Shown: positions 37,835 through 47,226 of the stretch, piece after piece
Layout: every line of letters begins with the position of its first letter
Numbering within the stretch: the stretch's first letter is position 1
IMG/VR virus record: IMGVR_UViG_3300028608_000012
Location: 1 to 64,000 of that record
Strand: one strand, 5' to 3'
Length of the DNA stretch: 64,000 nucleotides
Origin: a virus
Notes under the pieces: generated by a model
Seen by the model: the letters and a program-made list of their open reading frames with translations, nothing else
Told to the model about the DNA's origin: nothing
The model's database searches: none
Translations under genes and position numbers: made by a program

Positions 37835-39451
37835 ATGAAACCCACAAACCTAACGTTACTGGACTTTAACAAAATCGCACCGCCTGTGTTCAAGCCGGTA
37901 ACGTCCACTGACGCGTTTGAAGGCATGACCCAAAACCTCAATGATGAGGGCCTGTATTCGCTGGAAATCTTTGGCAAGCTGGGTAGCAAGGAGCGCGACG
38001 AAACCGAAGCGTACATTGACACCAAATTAGAAATTTTCAACCCAACTTACTTTAAAGCGATGATTCAAACAAAGTCGCTTTACCTCGGAATTCTCAAAGG
38101 CACGGAATACGCCACCTGGGACCCACAGGCCAAAGATTTCATAAAATCCAACCTCCTCGAAGGTGAGACAGGTTTCAGTTTCTTTGTAAGCCATTTCAAG
38201 GAACTGATCCCCACAATGACCGAGAGTTACAAGCGCAAACAAAAGGTTGAAATGGTTAAACGTTTCAAACCGATTGCCTTGGCAGCTAAGGTCTTGGTTC
38301 CTCCTGCGGGTCTGCGAGACATCGAGTTCCAACCGGATGGCACTGTAGTAGAGCCAGAGATTACCGACTTCTACCGCAAGCTGCTGTTCCGTACTCGAGT
38401 GGTTTCGCTGGGTAGCAAGGAGGATGGCGAGAACCCACTGTACGATACCGTGCGTTGGGGTCTGCAAAGTTCTTACAACGACATCGACCAGTACATCTTT
38501 GATCTCATGGATGGCAAGTCGGGTCTGTTCCAGCGTCGCGTATCGACTCGTGGTGTAGTGTCGGGTACACGTAACGTTATTACCGCACGTAAGGTCTCCA
38601 GAGAGCATTTGCACAGAGGGAACGGGGTAAGCCCCAACTCGGTGGATATGGGTCTCTATCAGGCGCTGCTGAACTTCCAGTACGTCTGCATTCACGCATT
38701 GCTCACCAAGTACCTGGGCACTATCTTCAGTCCAGGATCCCAAAACGTCAAATTGGTCAATACCAAGTCACTGGAGTATGAATATGTTGAGGTCTCAGCA
38801 GCCGTTGTCGAGAAGTGGTCAACGGCCACAGGCATCTCCAAACTCTTCAACGGTTTTGGAAACGCGCGTCTTCGCTCAAAACCCATCGTCCTTTCGGGCC
38901 ACTATCTGGCGCTGGTGTACGACGACGGTAGCGATGTTTGTGTCCTGAGTGATATCAACGATTTGCCAGCCGGTAAAGACCGTAAACTGGTGACTCCGAT
39001 TACCTACATGCAACTCTACTACCTCTCCTGCCACAAGGTTATTGGTGATCAGGTCTCCCAGCAGACTCGTTACCCGGTAATTGGTATCGGCTCGATCTTC
39101 CCTGCCAAGGTTAACCTCTTGAGCATTGAAGGTGCCAAGCCGCGTACCATTCGTGACACTGAGTGGGAAGTGGTTGAGCAGTGCATGCGTTATCCTCACA
39201 ACGTTGACCACCCTGACTACTTCGACGCAATGTCGGTAGACCCTAGCCGTGAAGCGGGTCTCGATTCCGACCACGACGGTGACATGCTCAACAGTAACAG
39301 CGTGTGTGCCGAAGACAGTAAGGCTCAGGTCAACGACCTGTTCGGTAAACGCGAGTACTACATCAGCGGCAGCGGTCGGTTCCTCTACGACCCTGTGAAC
39401 GAACCCATCTTGTTTATGCTTAAAGCCGCCACCAGCGGTATGGAGGAATAA
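37835..39451 (+). CDS. Virion RNA polymerase beta' subunit, catalytic part (phiKZ gp180-like)
   Basis: GLYS.EIFG, VPPAGLRD, RNVIT and TRYP motifs plus the metal-binding motif DSDHDGD (about 39263-39283). Confidence 0.92.
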   Translation: MKPTNLTLLDFNKIAPPVFKPVTSTDAFEGMTQNLNDEGLYSLEIFGKLGSKERDETEAYIDTKLEIFNPTYFKAMIQTKSLYLGILKGTEYATWDPQAKDFIKSNLLEGETGFSFFVSHFKELIPTMTESYKRKQKVEMVKRFKPIALAAKVLVPPAGLRDIEFQPDGTVVEPEITDFYRKLLFRTRVVSLGSKEDGENPLYDTVRWGLQSSYNDIDQYIFDLMDGKSGLFQRRVSTRGVVSGTRNVITARKVSREHLHRGNGVSPNSVDMGLYQALLNFQYVCIHALLTKYLGTIFSPGSQNVKLVNTKSLEYEYVEVSAAVVEKWSTATGISKLFNGFGNARLRSKPIVLSGHYLALVYDDGSDVCVLSDINDLPAGKDRKLVTPITYMQLYYLSCHKVIGDQVSQQTRYPVIGIGSIFPAKVNLLSIEGAKPRTIRDTEWEVVEQCMRYPHNVDHPDYFDAMSVDPSREAGLDSDHDGDMLNSNSVCAEDSKAQVNDLFGKREYYISGSGRFLYDPVNEPILFMLKAATSGMEE

Positions 39452-39455
39452 AGGT

Positions 39456-42400
39456 ATGAATCTCCCACCGGCGATTACATTCAGTGCTCTGGATGCTGTG
39501 ACCGGGGACGAAGCGCTGTACCCCCAGTTTTACCGCGCCTTTGTTCAGCGTAAGCGTCAAGAGTTGATCGCCCCTGTCTTTATCGGGATTGGCGAGATTA
39601 TCTTGCCACGTGCCTCGCTTGTTCACTTCTTCCCCAGCAACCCACAAGAGATCGGTCCTTCCGTCTCTGAAGCCTTTATCAGTAACTACCCTGATGAGGT
39701 GTTTGTTGAGTTCCCCGCTAAATACACTCCGGTGATTGGTAACGGTCGTGCTGTACAGATCGAACCCCGCAAGATCATCCAGGGTTATCGCGGCTCGCAT
39801 TACAAGTACAATTGGACCAAGGATATCAACACGGTCTACAACAAGGAGAAGGTACTGGTTGTTAAGAGCTACGGTCTTGCCGATATGCTCTGGCACCCAC
39901 GTGCTTCTCTGTTCATCAACTTCGAGCGTCATTACAACCACTTCAACTTGTTGATGGAAGGTGTTAACGAAGAGGCAGTTAAAGGCAAGCGCAAGCAGTT
40001 CTTCCGTATTGACCTGCCGCTGCACATGCCGTCCTTTACCGACTTGATGGTCGACTACGATCATTACATCGATAGCTTCCGGGATGGCTTGCCACTGCCA
40101 AGCAACAGGACTGTACGCACTACCAAGCAAGAGAACTCCTACTGGTTGATGGACTGGATGGCATTCTTGTTTGGCGACTACGAATACAGCCAGCTGAATA
40201 AGTTGTCTGCCAAGGCAATCGAAGACTTCCACCTGATCTTCGTATTCAACAGTCGTGCCCTTGTGATTCACCTGGGTACACTGAAAGGGTGGCTGGACGC
40301 TGAGATGGACCCGCGTGCAAAAGACAAGGGTAGCAGTAAGAAAAGTGAGCGTGAGAAACACGGTAAGCGCTTGAATGCGTCGAAGCGTGTCTACTTGGCC
40401 CTGATGAATCTTACCCGTGGTGGTGTCACGGAAGAGGAAGTAGTAAAAGAGGGAGAAGGAAATGGAAGAGGAGAAGAAGGAGGGGAAGAAGCCTCGGCGG
40501 CTGACCGTCTGGATGCAAAAAAGAAGGGAACTCAGAAAGGGTCGGGCACGGCATCCAGTGGATCCGGAGAAGGAACGCTTCCTGGCAAAAATGACGGTGG
40601 GCGAACTCATGGTAATCCTGATCCTCTCCGTGATGCTTTCGGTGGTGGTAAAGGAACTGACCACGGAGATCCTGAAGGGGCCGGACAAGAGGGAGACGGA
40701 ACAAATTCTGAAAGCATTGAGGACTGGACATCCCACGTAGATGACAGTTTGCTCGAGCAGGAAAAGGTTGTTGCCGAAACCTCTACCAAGAAGGACCCGT
40801 TCCCCAAGTTTGAAAGTGGCGTTAGCGCTGCTCTGGAAGAGCGAGCACGTGAAGGCCAGCTGACAGTTGCTGAACAGCAGTTCTTCATGCGTAAGGCAAC
40901 CCAGGTTTATCACATCGAAATGGAAAACGGTCAGAGTTTGGCTGAATACATGGAGATCAAGCCTGACGAGCTGAAGACACTTACAGCCGACGCCAAGATC
41001 GAGGGTACCTTTCCTACGATCCTGGACGAGTCGATGCTCCAGAGCCGCGCCAAGGTCTTGAAGCAGGGTTATGTCGACAAGTTCCTGCACAAAGACATGG
41101 CCGCCATGGCTGTGGCTGTTCAGAATGCCGGGTTTGCCCTCAACGACTATCGTCACGAGGTGCTTAATGGTGTTGAGGGTTCCTACGACGTTATTACCAT
41201 TCAGGTTCATCCTGTTGACGGCGAGCAGTCCACTCATGCGATTCGTTTCCCACGGGTTAGCAACGACGATGCTTCCTTTACCGTTGATGGTGTGAAGTCT
41301 CACCTGCAACTGCAACGCATGGAGCTACCGATTCGCAAGATCGATTCGGGCACTGTGCTGTTGACCAGTCACTACGACCGCCAGTTGATGGTGACTCGTA
41401 GCAAGAAGGTGGTCGACGACCTGGGCGTGTGGCTGAAGAAACAGATCCTGCTGAAAGCCATGAGTGACAAGAGCATCACGTTGAGTCGTGGTAATGGCCG
41501 TAACCGTGACTACACTGGTCCACGGATCTACACCATTCTTGCCAGTCGCTTCCAGTGGATCAATGTGGGCGGCTACATGTTGGACTTCCGCATCGAGAAG
41601 CTGTTGGAAGACCATCCTGAGTTCAAGAAGTTTACCAAGCCAGAAATGTTCTTGGTGGGTGTCAAGGACAAGAAGCCAATCACCATCGACAGCTACGGCA
41701 ACCTCTACCTGGACGGTGTTGAGTTTAACACCTTTGAAGGGCTGATGGGGATCAACACCGCTAAAGCGCCTAACGAACATGCCGTGGTTAACATCAGTGG
41801 CTATCTGTTCCCGTTGGGTGTTGTGCTGTGTTACTACTTCGGGATTGATGAACTGCTGAAGGTCATCAAGGCTACCACCCGGGCAGTCCCTATGGGTACC
41901 CGCCCTAAGCTGACAGAAGACGAGTACGCCATTCAGTTCAACGACGAGTATCTGATCTTCAACCGTCGTGAGAAGCTGACCACCCTGATTTTTGGTGGCA
42001 TGCCTAAGTTGAACAACATCAGTAACTTCAGCCGAAGTGACCTGAACAACAAAGGTATCTGGGGTCCTCTGATGGGTGATCCGAAGGTTCGTCCTGCTCA
42101 GTTCATTGAGATGAACCTGCTGTACAAAATGTTCATCGACCCAATCACCAAGAAGCAACTGCACCAGCTGGGTTACAGTGAGTCGTTCCATCACTTGCTC
42201 ATCGATGCAGCTAAGCTGTTGGAAACCGACTACACCCCTCATGAGGTGGAATTGGAAGAACAGCGGTTCGTGGGTTACGAGCGTTTTGCGGGTCACTTCT
42301 ACAAGGTCCTGGTGGGCGCACAACGTCAGTACTTCAACAAGGGCAAGGGTCGTAAGCAGAAGCTTGAGATCAACCCTGAAGCTGTGATCATGAACATCCT

Positions 42401-43835
42401 CAAGGACACCTCGGTTAACCGAGTCGAGGAAGTAAACCCGATCCACCAGTTGAAGGATCAAGAGGAACTGACCTTCGGTGGTACCGGTGGGCGTAGTGAG
42501 ATCACAGTAGTTAAGCGGGCTCGTGTACAGCTGCCAAGCTACCGTGGCAAGATCTCTGAGGCGAACAAGGACAGCGGTAAGGTAGGCTTCGTAACCTACA
42601 CTACCTCTGACCCACAGGTCCTCGACTACCGTGGCAATATCGACACCAAGAGCAAACCATCCGCTACCTCGCTGTATTCGGTGACGGGTAACTTGGCGTT
42701 TGGTATGAACAAGGATGACACCAAGCGAGGCATGTTTACCTCGACTCAGGCGTCTCAAGCGGTCAGTGCTCAAAACTACACCATGCCGATCACCCGTACG
42801 GGTTATGACAACGTCATTGCTCACCGGACTTCCGAACTCTACAGCAAAGTCGCTAAAGAGGCCGGTAAGGTAACGGCTGTTGAAGAGGACTATCTGGAAA
42901 TCACCTATAACGACGGCAACACTGAAAAGTATCCGTTGGGCTTGGTTATTGGTGAGGCCAGTGGTGAGTACCATCGTCACACCCGTGTTACCGATATGAA
43001 AGTCGGCGACAAGTTTGTTAAGGGTGACATCTTGGGTTGGGACCAGCAGTGGTTTGCACGGGATCCTTTCTGCCCAGGACAAGTAGTCTGGAAGAACGGT
43101 CGTCAAGTTCGTATTGCACTAGTAGAAGACCAGGATACCTACGAGGACTCCATTGCTGTCTCGAAAGAGATCATGGGCGAATCGATTACCCCATTCCTCA
43201 CGAAGAACTCTTTCGCGGTGGATGTGGATAAGGTTGTCACCTTTAAGGTTAAAAAGGGTGACCAAATCGACTACGATGCGATTTTATGCGAAATTGAAGA
43301 GGACCACCTAGCGGGGGCCGGAGCGGGGGCTAGCCAGGTTGACGAGATCAACCGTTTGGGCATTAAGCAGATCCGTTCTAAGTACCACGGCGAGGTGGTC
43401 AAGATCGAGGTGATGTACAACTCACCTGTGGAAAAGATGACTGACAGTGTGCGTAAACTTATCGCTAGTTCGGATAAAGAACGCAAACGCATGTCCGCGA
43501 TTGACGGCAGTTTTGAATCAGGTAGCGTGAGTAACAACCTCAACGTGAGTAAACCTGTTTTGTCGCCAGGCAAGGTATTGTTTACTGTATACGTCGAATC
43601 CATGGATGGGTCTACCACCTCGGACAAATACGTTATCGGTAACCAGATGAAAGGTACAGTCAACGGTGTAATGAAGAAGCCGTTGATGACTCAAGACGGT
43701 CGAGTAGTGGACGTCAAGTGTAGCTTTAAAGGCGGCTTCAACCGCATGGTACTGAGCTTACGGGATCGACTGGGCACAAGTGAACTGTCGGTTGGGGTTA
43801 CCAAACAGGCTATTGCCATTTACAGAGGTAAGTAA
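39456..43835 (+). CDS. Virion RNA polymerase beta subunit, main part (phiKZ gp178-like)
   Basis: 1459 aa; TFGGTGGRS, ISEA..DSGKVG, DDTKR...QASQ, EDS, DK...GNQMKG motifs. Confidence 0.92.
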   Translation: MNLPPAITFSALDAVTGDEALYPQFYRAFVQRKRQELIAPVFIGIGEIILPRASLVHFFPSNPQEIGPSVSEAFISNYPDEVFVEFPAKYTPVIGNGRAVQIEPRKIIQGYRGSHYKYNWTKDINTVYNKEKVLVVKSYGLADMLWHPRASLFINFERHYNHFNLLMEGVNEEAVKGKRKQFFRIDLPLHMPSFTDLMVDYDHYIDSFRDGLPLPSNRTVRTTKQENSYWLMDWMAFLFGDYEYSQLNKLSAKAIEDFHLIFVFNSRALVIHLGTLKGWLDAEMDPRAKDKGSSKKSEREKHGKRLNASKRVYLALMNLTRGGVTEEEVVKEGEGNGRGEEGGEEASAADRLDAKKKGTQKGSGTASSGSGEGTLPGKNDGGRTHGNPDPLRDAFGGGKGTDHGDPEGAGQEGDGTNSESIEDWTSHVDDSLLEQEKVVAETSTKKDPFPKFESGVSAALEERAREGQLTVAEQQFFMRKATQVYHIEMENGQSLAEYMEIKPDELKTLTADAKIEGTFPTILDESMLQSRAKVLKQGYVDKFLHKDMAAMAVAVQNAGFALNDYRHEVLNGVEGSYDVITIQVHPVDGEQSTHAIRFPRVSNDDASFTVDGVKSHLQLQRMELPIRKIDSGTVLLTSHYDRQLMVTRSKKVVDDLGVWLKKQILLKAMSDKSITLSRGNGRNRDYTGPRIYTILASRFQWINVGGYMLDFRIEKLLEDHPEFKKFTKPEMFLVGVKDKKPITIDSYGNLYLDGVEFNTFEGLMGINTAKAPNEHAVVNISGYLFPLGVVLCYYFGIDELLKVIKATTRAVPMGTRPKLTEDEYAIQFNDEYLIFNRREKLTTLIFGGMPKLNNISNFSRSDLNNKGIWGPLMGDPKVRPAQFIEMNLLYKMFIDPITKKQLHQLGYSESFHHLLIDAAKLLETDYTPHEVELEEQRFVGYERFAGHFYKVLVGAQRQYFNKGKGRKQKLEINPEAVIMNILKDTSVNRVEEVNPIHQLKDQEELTFGGTGGRSEITVVKRARVQLPSYRGKISEANKDSGKVGFVTYTTSDPQVLDYRGNIDTKSKPSATSLYSVTGNLAFGMNKDDTKRGMFTSTQASQAVSAQNYTMPITRTGYDNVIAHRTSELYSKVAKEAGKVTAVEEDYLEITYNDGNTEKYPLGLVIGEASGEYHRHTRVTDMKVGDKFVKGDILGWDQQWFARDPFCPGQVVWKNGRQVRIALVEDQDTYEDSIAVSKEIMGESITPFLTKNSFAVDVDKVVTFKVKKGDQIDYDAILCEIEEDHLAGAGAGASQVDEINRLGIKQIRSKYHGEVVKIEVMYNSPVEKMTDSVRKLIASSDKERKRMSAIDGSFESGSVSNNLNVSKPVLSPGKVLFTVYVESMDGSTTSDKYVIGNQMKGTVNGVMKKPLMTQDGRVVDVKCSFKGGFNRMVLSLRDRLGTSELSVGVTKQAIAIYRGK
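40462..40740 (+). CDS. Candidate overprinted (+1 frame) single-TM membrane protein inside the RNAP beta gene
   Basis: GGAG RBS 6 nt upstream; 92 aa with a basic N-domain, hydrophobic LMVILILSVMLSVVV and a short C-tail. Confidence 0.45.
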   Translation: MEEEKKEGKKPRRLTVWMQKRRELRKGRARHPVDPEKERFLAKMTVGELMVILILSVMLSVVVKELTTEILKGPDKRETEQILKALRTGHPT

Positions 43836-43837
43836 AG

Positions 43838-44764
43838 ATGAGCTTCCAGACAGTCAACGTGGTTAAAGACATTCAAGTGGTCCTCCAAGAGGCCCATGTC
43901 TACTCCGGTGGTATTGACGGTGTCTGGGGTGCTGGTTCAGCGAATGGGGTCTTGAAGCTTCTTCAGGACTACCATTTGTTTCTGAATGGGGGGCGCTCTG
44001 TGCCCCTCCCAGTTACCTCGGGTAAAGGTTTCGATGTTGCTGTTCAAGGTATCAAGGACATCCAGAGCAACCTGAAGCTGGTGGGTATGTACGCTGGCGC
44101 TGTCGACGGTATTCCAGGTGCTGGTAGCCTAAGTGGTTTGCGTCAGTTGGCGTTCAGTTATGCCAAGCGTAATAAGGCACCGTTCTACGACCTGGGTTGG
44201 AGCACTCGTGTTCCGCCTGCCTTCACCATGAAGGTGCGTGACTGGTGCATCAAGCAAAACATGTTCCCCGGCGCAGCCTCTGCGTTGATGGCCTGCATGT
44301 GCTTCGAATCGGGCGGTACGTTCCGTCCTGATAAACAGAACAACGGCGGTAGCAACTACTGGGGCCTGATTCAGTTCGGTACCGCAGCAGTGATTGACCT
44401 GGCGAAGACCTTCGGGCTGAAGATCACCCTGGACGACGTCAAGGGCATGAGCCAACTGGATCAACTCGATCTGGTGTTCAAGTATTTCGAGATGTGGCAG
44501 AAGCGCGGTAAGGCTTACAAGCGTCTTGAGGATTTCTATCTGACGATCTTCTATCCCGCTGCTGTGGGTAAAGGTCCGGACGAAGTTCTGTTCCGCAAAG
44601 ATTCACCTGTCCCTATTGAAGCCAAGTCCTACCTGCAAAACAGCGGGTTCGACATTGACAAAGATGGTGACATCACCGTTGGCGAGATCTGTACCCGGCT
44701 CTACGACACGTATTACCAAGGGATGTCGGTCAAGAACCGTACCTTCAGCAACGCTCCACTTTAA
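43838..44764 (+). CDS. Modular endolysin: two peptidoglycan-binding repeats plus a lysozyme/transglycosylase-like domain
   Basis: IDGVWGAGS and VDGIPGAGS repeats; catalytic FES-GG and GLIQF motifs; DIDKDGDIT loop. Confidence 0.85.
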   Translation: MSFQTVNVVKDIQVVLQEAHVYSGGIDGVWGAGSANGVLKLLQDYHLFLNGGRSVPLPVTSGKGFDVAVQGIKDIQSNLKLVGMYAGAVDGIPGAGSLSGLRQLAFSYAKRNKAPFYDLGWSTRVPPAFTMKVRDWCIKQNMFPGAASALMACMCFESGGTFRPDKQNNGGSNYWGLIQFGTAAVIDLAKTFGLKITLDDVKGMSQLDQLDLVFKYFEMWQKRGKAYKRLEDFYLTIFYPAAVGKGPDEVLFRKDSPVPIEAKSYLQNSGFDIDKDGDITVGEICTRLYDTYYQGMSVKNRTFSNAPL

Positions 44765-44788
44765 GCACCCTACCAGGAGATCGGTCCG

Positions 44789-44965
44789 ATGACTGATAAA
44801 GAGCAACTCATCACCAACATTGTCACGGTCGCCAATACCGTGGAAGTGGTTAAAAAGACCCTCGCCAAAGTAGGGTTGCAATTCCTCGCACCGCTGGGTG
44901 AGTCTGTCATGGACGAGAAGATCAGCAAAGCCATCGTTGCCCGTGTCAAAGGAGCGTCGAAATGA
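44789..44965 (+). CDS. Small protein (58 aa), absent from the ORF track
   Basis: AGGAG RBS; MTDKEQLITNIVTVANTVEVVKK...; ATGA overlap with the next gene. Confidence 0.7.
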   Translation: MTDKEQLITNIVTVANTVEVVKKTLAKVGLQFLAPLGESVMDEKISKAIVARVKGASK

Positions 44966-46497
44966 TTCGTGAATCCAGCGTTGCACTTGGCGAACTGATC
45001 GCCGTTGCTGGCGGTAACTTCCGCCCTAGCCCTGTGATTGCCGGTCTGAACGGTGAATCCGGTGGCGCCCTGGCCTTTACCGACAATTTCCGTCAGGAGA
45101 TTCTCGAGGCCAGCCAGGGTAACATGCACACCGAGACCGTCGAAGGCGCCAGTGAACGTCTGGCTGAGATCATTCGTGACTCGCTGGGCAACATCCGCAC
45201 CTATGGCGTGCCGATGGCTCGCCGTGTGTTGAAAGACACCCGCCTGCTGTACTCCCGCAAACAACTGCAAAGCCTGACCGAGCAGTTGATCGAAGTGCAG
45301 TACGTCAACGTCGACAACGGTTTCTTCGAATCGTCGCTGTACCCGACTGAAGTGCGCGACAAGTCGCTCACTTACACCGGTGTTGACCTGGCCCCTGGCA
45401 GCACGCTGAAATGGCGCTACCCTGACGCCCAAGAAGTGCTCGCCTTCATCGGTGCTTCTCACGCTGACCTGGTCTCCATCCTCGAAGATGATGACGAGTC
45501 CATCACCGACGCGGCCGGTCGTATTGGTGACCTCGGCGAACTGATGAACCTGTTCGTCAACAAAGACGGTATCTACGACTTCTCGCAGATCAAATCGGTG
45601 CGCTTTGTACTGCTGCTGAAGATGTACGTCCTGTTGACCAAGATGTACTTCTCCGAAGATCCGGCGCCGTGGTTGCAGACCGGTGAGCTGTCGGCCTACC
45701 GCAGTTTCGTTAGCCTGCTGTGGAACGGCATGACGCTGTACCTCATCAAGCTGAAGCAAGTGGTGGTCACCTACCGCCAGCGTAAACTGGTGATCGTGGC
45801 CGAGAAGCAAGCCGCTCTGACTCCGCACAGCCAGTCGCAGTACGGCGATACCCGTTTCATGACGGCCAAGCTGAAGGTGTTCTACACCAACCAGATCCTG
45901 GAGAAAGTCCAGGCGGCTGGCGTGGGCTTCACTGAAGCGGTTATGGGTTACCACTGGGCTGCGTTGTCTGGCACTCCAATGACCATCGTCGACTTCATCG
46001 AAGACGTGGGTCGTGGTGCCGGTTACGTCAAGGCGTACTACAACCACATCCACGAAAAGCTGTCGATGCAATCGAAGCAGTTGTTCATCAAGGGCGGCAT
46101 CAAGGCGATCAACGACTTCATCAACGAGCACCCTCACCTGCTCGACCGTGCCAAAAGTCAGATGGGTGAAAACACCATGCTGATCAGCTGGGTACAGGGC
46201 ATGTTCTCCGGCGAGCTGGAGAAAGCGCATTACATCCTGTCCGAGCGTTTCCATGGCGATGACGTTGCCGAAGTAATTGCCGGCGGTGTGGAGGACGGTG
46301 CTGATCCTCGTCTAGACGCCCTGCTGGAAACCACCCTGATCCCTGCGTTCCTGCGGGCCTGTGGTGCCACTCTGACGGCTGACATCATCGAAGCCACCTT
46401 CGTGGACACGAGCAAAGAAGACAACGTCATGGACAAGCGTGAGCGCCTGACCGTAGCGGTGATCAACGAACTCGTGAAGCGCTTGCTCGAGGCATAA
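44962..46497 (+). CDS. Conserved protein of the protease operon (phiKZ gp177-like)
   Basis: 511 aa; strong codon bias; synteny. Confidence 0.65.
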   Translation: MIRESSVALGELIAVAGGNFRPSPVIAGLNGESGGALAFTDNFRQEILEASQGNMHTETVEGASERLAEIIRDSLGNIRTYGVPMARRVLKDTRLLYSRKQLQSLTEQLIEVQYVNVDNGFFESSLYPTEVRDKSLTYTGVDLAPGSTLKWRYPDAQEVLAFIGASHADLVSILEDDDESITDAAGRIGDLGELMNLFVNKDGIYDFSQIKSVRFVLLLKMYVLLTKMYFSEDPAPWLQTGELSAYRSFVSLLWNGMTLYLIKLKQVVVTYRQRKLVIVAEKQAALTPHSQSQYGDTRFMTAKLKVFYTNQILEKVQAAGVGFTEAVMGYHWAALSGTPMTIVDFIEDVGRGAGYVKAYYNHIHEKLSMQSKQLFIKGGIKAINDFINEHPHLLDRAKSQMGENTMLISWVQGMFSGELEKAHYILSERFHGDDVAEVIAGGVEDGADPRLDALLETTLIPAFLRACGATLTADIIEATFVDTSKEDNVMDKRERLTVAVINELVKRLLEA

Positions 46498-46500
46498 TCG

Positions 46501-47226
46501 ATGGACGTCGGCAATCTCAAGCACGATCCCGATATTGCTGACCGACTGTTCACCGAATTGGAAGATGGGTCTGTTATTGCTAAACGCGATTTCGAGATCC
46601 ATCTGCCTAAGCGGTTTGTTGACAGCGGTATGGCGGTGGTCGGGGAAACAGTCACAACGCCTGCGGTGCTTGGGTTGGTGATACCGGGGGAGAGTTACGC
46701 TCCCCTGATGTCATTGATGGACATTACCCTCGTTCCGTTAAGCATTCGTGAAGTTGCAATCAAGGGTACTCAGTATCTGGTGTTGGAGTTTACCAAAGGC
46801 GACACGGTAATCGAGAACACCAACGTCCTGCAAGAACCCAATCAGCCATATGCGTATTACATGGAGTTCCTCTACTACGCCAAACGTCCTTGGTATGTCA
46901 CTGAAAACGCGTTGTCGTCGATGTTTGACTTGGCGGCTACGCAGAGTGGCGATCCGGTGGGTAGCAGTCCCCAGGTAATGCGGGTTTACATGTCGCTGAT
47001 GTTCCGCGATCCAGATAACCTGGAAAAACCGTACCGGTACAGTAAGGCGATGTTGGAAGGCAGGCCTCCAGTAATTGTGGGTCTTAACAACAGTGGGCTC
47101 TTGATCGACGGGACCTTCCCGAAAATCATGGGCGGTTACCAACGCGACAACACGGTAGCAGCTATTGTGAACCCCGACGACCGTGTTACTGATCTGGAGA
47201 AGATTATTAAAGGGGTCCCTGTATGA
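46501..47226 (+). CDS. Conserved protein (phiKZ gp176-like)
   Basis: 241 aa; directly precedes the protease. Confidence 0.65.
   Translation: MDVGNLKHDPDIADRLFTELEDGSVIAKRDFEIHLPKRFVDSGMAVVGETVTTPAVLGLVIPGESYAPLMSLMDITLVPLSIREVAIKGTQYLVLEFTKGDTVIENTNVLQEPNQPYAYYMEFLYYAKRPWYVTENALSSMFDLAATQSGDPVGSSPQVMRVYMSLMFRDPDNLEKPYRYSKAMLEGRPPVIVGLNNSGLLIDGTFPKIMGGYQRDNTVAAIVNPDDRVTDLEKIIKGVPV

Noticed and set aside
39451-39456. Intron or homing endonuclease between or within the vRNAP genes
   Set aside because: Both ORFs are continuous and only 4 nt apart
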